From: a virus
Taxonomy: Duplodnaviria; Caudoviricetes
Strand: one strand, 5' to 3'
Virus record (IMG/VR): IMGVR_UViG_3300030397_000318
Coordinates: 1-59,544 of that record
Length of the DNA stretch: 59,544 bases
Within the stretch, counting starts at the first letter, position 1; each line of letters opens with the position of its first letter. Made by a program: the position numbers and the translations under genes. Positions 54,042 to 59,544 of the stretch are shown here, piece after piece. The notes beneath the pieces were generated by a model that worked only from the letters and a program-made list of their open reading frames with translations, was not told the DNA's origin and did not search any database.

Positions 54042-54236
54042 TGGTCTTTTCTCCTATAGGTTCAAACGTGCCTACAGGAAAGGTTGTCCGTTGGAAGTGA
54101 TAGTTGGGGTGTCAGCAGTATTATATGTTGCTTGTTGCCGGTGCTGGGCCGACTGTCACCACCATTGGGGCGATCCATCTGGCGGTTAAAGCAACCAATG
54201 GGGCCGGATTACGGGTTGTCCGGGTTGCGCACGCCA

Positions 54237-54266
54237 AAAATAGTTCTGAGATGGGAAGATTGTCAA
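54237..54266 (-). promoter_or_regulatory. sigma70-like promoter for the capsid gene
   Basis: TTGACA (54266-54261), 17-18 nt, CTATTT/TATTTT. Confidence 0.55.
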
Positions 54267-54274
54267 GGGAGGGA

Positions 54275-54304
54275 ATTAAAACCCGTGAGACTACCGGGTT
54301 TAAT
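54275..54304 (-). terminator. terminator-like hairpin at the ncRNA 3' end
   Basis: AAACCCG-GTAGTCTCA-CGGGTTTTAATT on the minus strand. Confidence 0.65.
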
Positions 54305-55048
54305 GGGCTGTCTTTTGTTTGGCGTACCGACAGAGTGCTACCCCTGCCGTTACCAACGTGTCCACCCCCGTTACCAGAGGTATCAACCCGACACTGGCAA
54401 GTTAGGCTTGCCACTCCTTAGCGAACGATGCTTCTCCAAGCTTTCCTACCGGGTTGAGGTGGCCGCCCCAATTCGGTCGGGTATACTTGAAACCACTTCC
54501 GCTTGCGACTTCCGTGGCTCCTCCTTCCCCGCAGAGGGAGGACTTAAGCGTCTTTCACACCGTCCCGACCGGCACTTTGCATTTTGACAATCTGTCACGC
54601 GTTTCGAGCGCGGTGTCGCAGTCACGCGACGTGCAAACCTACGACGACGAGGCCGGTCGGAACCTCCATCTCCTTTTGAGAGACGGAATAGCTCTCACCG
54701 CCTGCACCTCCGGTATGACCCTTTGGCACCGAACTTCAGGAGTCTTCGGAACCCCTTGGCTCTGCGACCCGCCCTCGTCCACCGACTCGGACTTCTGCCA
54801 CTACCGCTTGCTTTTATGCCGACGCGACGTTGAGTACTGGCGGCGGTTTCACCCACCTTTTCACCCCTCACCGTTGGCCTGGGGCTATCGCTATGACCAG
54901 TCGTCCTGCCGGATTACCTCCCTCGTCGGAAGGAGCCTCACGACTTAAGCTGCGGCTTGCTTGGATGGACCCCCGAGGGGGCGATGCTATGTAGGCTTCA
55001 CACCTTTACCGATGTCTCCATCGGCTATCCTGTGATCCCAAGCAACCG
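54275..55048 (-). ncRNA. large structured ncRNA, GOLLD-like (~775 nt)
   Basis: ORF-poor 1 kb gap bounded by a promoter and a terminator; many nested stems; segments UAUUCCGUCUCUCAAAAGGAGAUGGAG, GUAGGUU...AAAAUGCAAAG, GUGUGAAAGACGCUUAA recalled as GOLLD-like (not model-verified). Confidence 0.7.
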
Positions 55049-55054
55049 AGGGGA

Positions 55055-55083
55055 GATATATGAACGCAACAAGGCGTTGTCAA
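55055..55083 (-). promoter_or_regulatory. sigma70-like promoter for the ncRNA
   Basis: TTGACA (55083-55078), 17 nt, TATATC (55060-55055). Confidence 0.75.
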
Positions 55084-55086
55084 CGA

Positions 55087-55971
55087 TTATTTTGCGGTTT
55101 CGGTGATTTTTTTTACGTCGTCGGGATTGTGGGCAACGAAGGAGCGAAATTCCCTAGGATTCCGGGGATTATCGGGGATATCCTCGCGCGTGATCTTCTT
55201 GTCCCACACCACGAACTGCTGGCGTGCGACCTTCGGGGAGCCGACTTCTTCCAGTTTCCGGAGCATCCCGGATGAGATGTAGTCGGCATTCTCGGAGCGC
55301 CCGCCGCGCCCGTCGTTCGTCACGGGGAGAGGGGGTTGCGGTATCGCGCCGGAGCATGATCCGCAGTACCGGTCGACTTGATCTTGGAAGTCCTTCGGTC
55401 CCTTGTCCCACCATCCTGGTTCCATAGGGTAACCGCCGGGTCCATCAAACAGCCAGTCAAGGGAAGCTGCAATTTCGCAGAAAAAACCGCCCTTGGGAGT
55501 GACGCTGGCGCTCCAGTGGGATTGAAAAGGACAGTTGTCGATAAGTTGCCGCTTGAGTTCGGGGTCATCAACCACGTCATCAATAGCAACCAGCAGAGGG
55601 GCGTGTTTCCCGTCATATGAATAGTGGTCGTTATAGTGGATTCTGTCGGGGAAGAACGTGTGTTGGATTTGCTCTTTATACTCACCCCACTTGAAGCCCG
55701 CCACCCAGAGTTCGCGCCTGTCCTTCGGAACTAGTTCTTCCCAGAGTTCCAGAAGCTCTGTGAACTTCGGATGGAGCGCCGGTTCGCCACCCATCATGCC
55801 GATGCGACACGGGGAGTCTAACGTCGCGACGATTGCCTCGCGCGCATAGCCGACATCCATAAAATAAGGCTTCCGATGGTGCCCAACGTGCCGAGTGCAA
55901 TGGCGGCAAGAGAGATGGCAAGCGTTAGTGATGTCAATTTGGATCACCGTGTTTTCGGATATCGGCCTCAT
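55087..55971 (-). CDS. radical SAM protein in the head operon
   Basis: IDITNACHLSCRHC, MMGGEPALHP, C-terminal Cys (CPFQ, FFCE, CGSC). Confidence 0.9.
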   Translation of the reverse strand: MRPISENTVIQIDITNACHLSCRHCTRHVGHHRKPYFMDVGYAREAIVATLDSPCRIGMMGGEPALHPKFTELLELWEELVPKDRRELWVAGFKWGEYKEQIQHTFFPDRIHYNDHYSYDGKHAPLLVAIDDVVDDPELKRQLIDNCPFQSHWSASVTPKGGFFCEIAASLDWLFDGPGGYPMEPGWWDKGPKDFQDQVDRYCGSCSGAIPQPPLPVTNDGRGGRSENADYISSGMLRKLEEVGSPKVARQQFVVWDKKITREDIPDNPRNPREFRSFVAHNPDDVKKITETAK

Positions 55972-55974
55972 GCG

Positions 55975-57075
55975 CTATCCCTGTTCCGACGCGCGTCGAC
56001 CCTGGGCGCGTTGCTCCAGCTTGATTTCCGCTTCCAGAAGCTCGTTGTACCGGTGCGCCATCATGGTTTCGCCGGATTCGGGATGCTTCGGACCCTTCCA
56101 GTACTCAGAGTCTCTATCTGACATCGCTTTCTCAATGACGGCTTTCTCAGAAGCAATTGTCTGGCCGAGATTGGCACCGGTCGCAGGCGTCACGGTCGGG
56201 TGGGGATTCACCTCGGTATTGATGTCGGTCATCATCCGGATGAATGTCGCGTTGTCACCCACCAGAGTCCCATCCGGCATCCGCGCGTTGAAGAGGTTCG
56301 TGGCGAAGTCTTCATCGCTGTAGGTCTCAACGAGGTTGTTCATGCCATTCAGGTTGGCACGGTATTCGTTGCCCCACTCGGCGCGAAGCTCGTCTTCCGT
56401 TTCCTGGCGTATGGCAAGATCAAACTCGTGGCGCATGGCCAGCGCGTTCTGTTCGTTCTCGTGATACCACGAGAGCGCGTCATGCACGGCAGACGGCGGC
56501 ATATCCTTCGCGTGCGCGTTCTCCAAGAAGGAGTTCAGCGCAGGCTCGTCCTGTTCGCCGAAGACCAGACCTTCCGGCATATTCTCCAGGTATCCTGCCG
56601 GTTCCGAAGGAATGCCTTGAGTCTCACGCCACGCATTCATCTCATCGTCGGTGGCGTCTTCACCGGGTTTCGACGGAACGACTTCGCCGGAAGACATCTT
56701 GTTGTTGAGAGCAACCCAAGACTTGGCGACATTTGACGGGGAATTGAAACGGCTCAGTCTTTGGACTAGTTTCTCGTCCCCTCCAGCCATGATTTCGCGC
56801 CAATTGTCGGGCCAGCTTGCCGGAGAGCCGGTATCGGGGTCGCCGCCACCGCCACCTCCAGAGATAGAAGGAGCGGGTTCACCCCCAGCTTCGCTTCCAG
56901 CATCGGGGACGGGACCGCTGCCTCTTGGCTCCCCGGAGGCGGGGGCCGGAGAACCATCACCGGGAGGGGCATTACCCGGCGGCGCTGCTGGGGGTGACTC
57001 GGTGCCGCCCGTCCCAGCGGCGTCAGGGGCCGGTGTTCCACCGGAATCAGGTACTACTGGGGCTGCTTCTGCCAT
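55975..57075 (-). CDS. capsid scaffolding protein
   Basis: Pro/Gly-rich N-terminus, WPDNWRE, LRAEWG.EY..N; position between portal and MCP. Confidence 0.82.
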   Translation of the reverse strand: MAEAAPVVPDSGGTPAPDAAGTGGTESPPAAPPGNAPPGDGSPAPASGEPRGSGPVPDAGSEAGGEPAPSISGGGGGGDPDTGSPASWPDNWREIMAGGDEKLVQRLSRFNSPSNVAKSWVALNNKMSSGEVVPSKPGEDATDDEMNAWRETQGIPSEPAGYLENMPEGLVFGEQDEPALNSFLENAHAKDMPPSAVHDALSWYHENEQNALAMRHEFDLAIRQETEDELRAEWGNEYRANLNGMNNLVETYSDEDFATNLFNARMPDGTLVGDNATFIRMMTDINTEVNPHPTVTPATGANLGQTIASEKAVIEKAMSDRDSEYWKGPKHPESGETMMAHRYNELLEAEIKLEQRAQGRRASEQG

Positions 57076-57337
57076 CTCTCACATTCTCCAAACTAAGCTT
57101 GGTGTGTTTAACCACTTGCAGTCCGACGAACCGCCTGCCTTCTCGAAAGGCTGTGTCCAAAGGATTACCAGGAATATACGATTGATCATAGGTGGCGCAA
57201 AGTACTTCTACGATGAACTTCAGAGCGCGCACCTGCTGATAAGGTGTCGCCTCTCCGCGCGCCAGTGCGTTGATTGATGCAGCATCCGCCTTTTCGTAGG
57301 TCGCTACGCCACCGAATGCCCCGCCCTTTTCTGTCAT
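57047..57337 (-). CDS. Bbp19-like head protein
   Basis: TAFREGRRFVGLQV motif; position. Confidence 0.75.
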   Translation of the reverse strand: MTEKGGAFGGVATYEKADAASINALARGEATPYQQVRALKFIVEVLCATYDQSYIPGNPLDTAFREGRRFVGLQVVKHTKLSLENVRDGRSSPSST

Positions 57338-57783
57338 TAAAGATGTTTCCAGCGCCGTCCATTTTTGATGTCGGAAACCGTGGGCTGAGATATTCCGTGC
57401 TCTATGGCGATTTCGGCCTGTGGGCGCAAATCTTTCCGTATCGCCAGAACTTGTTCCTCAGTTAAGCGTGCTGATCCATGAGTCACTCCACGGGCACCGC
57501 TCCTTTGTCGCCCCTTTTTGGCCATATCCCGCATGTTGTCTTTGTGGGTGCCGAGAAAGAGATGATCTGGGTTCACGCAAAGAGTCACATCACAGCGATG
57601 GAGCACATGGGAGCCTTCCGGGATATCTCCGTGTGTTCTTTCCCAGCTTACCCTGTGGGCATAGAGAAGCTTACCGCCGACTCCGATTTGGCCATACCCC
57701 TTTGAGGCGGCACCATCCCACAACCAACAGCCGGAGTTCGGTTCCGGAATAACCTTGTCTTCAAATCTCTGATCTAACGTCAT
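57337..57783 (-). CDS. HNH homing endonuclease with C-terminal HTH
   Basis: EPNSGCWLW...AHRVSW...VLHRCDVTLCVNPDHLFLGTHKDN. Confidence 0.92.
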   Translation of the reverse strand: MTLDQRFEDKVIPEPNSGCWLWDGAASKGYGQIGVGGKLLYAHRVSWERTHGDIPEGSHVLHRCDVTLCVNPDHLFLGTHKDNMRDMAKKGRQRSGARGVTHGSARLTEEQVLAIRKDLRPQAEIAIEHGISQPTVSDIKNGRRWKHL

Positions 57784-59477
57784 CCTCGTCCCACCTGATC
57801 AGCTTCAGCGAATTGCTTCACGGCACTTGCCGCCTGATTGAGCGCCTGGGCACCTTCACCAACTTGCCCGCCAAGCATCATATTTTCCTGCTCTTGCTGG
57901 CGCTGGCGAACGATATTCTGGATTTCCCCTTCGGAGCGGGTCCATTCCGCTGGCACACCCATGCCGTCGAGCGCATCGCGGAGAGCTTTCGGCGCATTGA
58001 GAAGGTAGATCGAAGAGTCATCGATTTGAGCGGCATTTGCCAACATAGACTGTGCCTCGATAAACCGCTGGGCTTTTTTGCGGTCGGACCCCTCATGGAG
58101 CGGAGATTCGAACTTAAACTTCACTTCCGCGCCGCGAATTTCGTTCGGAATGCTGTTTATGGGGCCGAATCCCCCATTTCGGAGCATTAATTCGAACGTA
58201 TCCTCGCAAAGTGCGGCGTTATACTCGAATTCCATCGGCTCAAAGATGGGCATCGCCCTCCGAATCCACTCAGAAACGCGGTGACCTACCTCAAATGCGG
58301 TCATCTGATCACCGGTAGGTGCCGGGGGTAGGGAGAGTGAATCGAGGAAAAACGCCTTGGCAATGGCCTGTTGCGTGTCCATGCGCAATTCCATCGCGGA
58401 ATGCAGTCCGGTTCCGCCACGAACGTCATAAGCGGGACGAAGTGCCTCACCGAGCTTTTCGTCATACTCGGCATCCACCCAAGTCATACCACCTGCGAAC
58501 AGATTGATGTCTGAGCGAATCGCCTCTTGGGTTGCGACCATGGGAGGATCGGCGAACTTCTCCCCAGCCTCAAGCAACGTGAGGCTCATGGCCTGGATCA
58601 AGCGGGCATCCGGAAGCGCCGCGATCACAGCCGGGGAGGAAGCATACTGGGACGCCGGGATCGTGACCCAGCGCGGGATGATGTATTGCTTGTGGTGTGA
58701 CGGAATCTCCTCCATCACATGCTTGTTCGTGATGTCGAGCCAGACTGACACCCATGGAGTCTTGAATTTCTTGCCGTTCGAGTCTCGCGACTCGTAGTTT
58801 TCTGCCGCGATGATGATGTGACGGCACTCGATTTCAGTGAAGGGGTTTTCCTTGAGCATCGTTTTGACTTGATCGGCGACTTTCCCGCCGAATACGTCTG
58901 CCAACTGCCGTGCTGTCGGTCGCCACTTTCTCTGAATATGATCGATCTCCCCACTGTAGTTCTCTGACCACGCGACATCGCGCAGATGATGGCACCGATA
59001 GAGGAGTCCATTCCTCATATGGTTCATTTCGAGAGTCAGTGGGGCTTGTCCGAAGGTTGCGAAGCAATGGTCGCCTTCTTTCGTCGCCCGGACGAAGTTC
59101 GCAGCCTTCGTATACATAGCCTTGCGCTGCCGGAGAGTCGCCCATTCCAGCCAGCGACGGGATTCAGTAGAGATATCCTTGTCGGAACCGGTTTCCACGT
59201 CCAGACCGAACCAGACACCCGGCGACGATGAGTCCAGATTCACCGGACGCAGCAACGCAGCCAGGGAATCCCCCAAAGTCCTTCGGGCGATCACCGGATA
59301 AGACGTAGTTAGATGGTCTGCAAACTCATCACCCAGAGACCGCGTGATGGTGAAATCAGCCATCTCCGGGTAGAAGTTGAGCGCCATCTCTTGCCACAGG
59401 CTCACCAAGTCCTGCCGCTTTGAGAAAAGCTGGTCGCCATCTTCTACGAGTTTGTTATGGCGACTGTCGAATGGCAT
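57780..59477 (-). CDS. portal (head-tail connector) protein
   Basis: 565 aa; IPRW....QYASSP...ALPD, MTAFEV motif of podovirus connectors. Confidence 0.92.
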   Translation of the reverse strand: MPFDSRHNKLVEDGDQLFSKRQDLVSLWQEMALNFYPEMADFTITRSLGDEFADHLTTSYPVIARRTLGDSLAALLRPVNLDSSSPGVWFGLDVETGSDKDISTESRRWLEWATLRQRKAMYTKAANFVRATKEGDHCFATFGQAPLTLEMNHMRNGLLYRCHHLRDVAWSENYSGEIDHIQRKWRPTARQLADVFGGKVADQVKTMLKENPFTEIECRHIIIAAENYESRDSNGKKFKTPWVSVWLDITNKHVMEEIPSHHKQYIIPRWVTIPASQYASSPAVIAALPDARLIQAMSLTLLEAGEKFADPPMVATQEAIRSDINLFAGGMTWVDAEYDEKLGEALRPAYDVRGGTGLHSAMELRMDTQQAIAKAFFLDSLSLPPAPTGDQMTAFEVGHRVSEWIRRAMPIFEPMEFEYNAALCEDTFELMLRNGGFGPINSIPNEIRGAEVKFKFESPLHEGSDRKKAQRFIEAQSMLANAAQIDDSSIYLLNAPKALRDALDGMGVPAEWTRSEGEIQNIVRQRQQEQENMMLGGQVGEGAQALNQAASAVKQFAEADQVGRG

Positions 59478-59544
59478 TACCCGAGTCCACTCTGGCCTTG
59501 GGACATCCGGGAGCCGGCAGCGCCACCCCGTTTCCGGCGTGCCG
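59477..59544 (-). CDS. 3' end of a small Arg-rich protein upstream of the portal (partial)
   Basis: ...ARRKRGGAAGSRMSQGQSGLG*, TAATG overlap with the portal start. Confidence 0.55.
   Translation of the reverse strand, partial: ARRKRGGAAGSRMSQGQSGLG

Noticed and set aside
54576-54637. Functional tRNA gene
   Set aside because: Too short; lacks GTTCRA T-loop, D-loop GG, canonical anticodon arm and CCA; kept only as a tRNA-like fold
54084-54948. ORFs 54084..54587, 54104..54421, 54121..54414 and 54454..54948
   Set aside because: No RBS or motifs, atypical composition; the region is better explained as structured RNA

Overview
The window is almost certainly a near-complete, circularly permuted ~60 kb genome of a tailed podovirus-type dsDNA phage. 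The large terminase is at the left edge and the portal gene at the right edge, both on the minus strand, so the ends probably join across a short missing gap. GcrA-like and DnaA-C-like genes point to an alphaproteobacterial host. Modules: packaging genes plus small accessory ORFs (1-8.7 kb, -); a divergent 'early' island of cassette-like genes (AAA+/VWA-like/DUF3150-like) separated by a repeated intergenic module (9-13.6 kb, +); a 19 kb minus-strand block with an essentially complete CMP-legionaminic-acid-type nonulosonate pathway, two transferase candidates and several Ser/Thr-rich putative virion proteins (13.6-33 kb); regulatory/recombination genes (33-39.4 kb); lysis (39.4-40.7 kb); and tail, internal virion and head genes (42-59.5 kb, -). 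Highlights: (1) a putative phage-encoded nonulosonic-acid virion glycosylation system; (2) a terminase intein whose homing endonuclease is encoded on the opposite strand; (3) a ~775-nt GOLLD-like structured ncRNA with its own promoter and terminator inside the head operon; (4) a seven-copy intergenic module with covarying hairpins. No DNA or RNA polymerase, primase, integrase, reverse transcriptase, tRNA or CRISPR array was recognised. All assignments come from manual motif recognition; no database searches were run.
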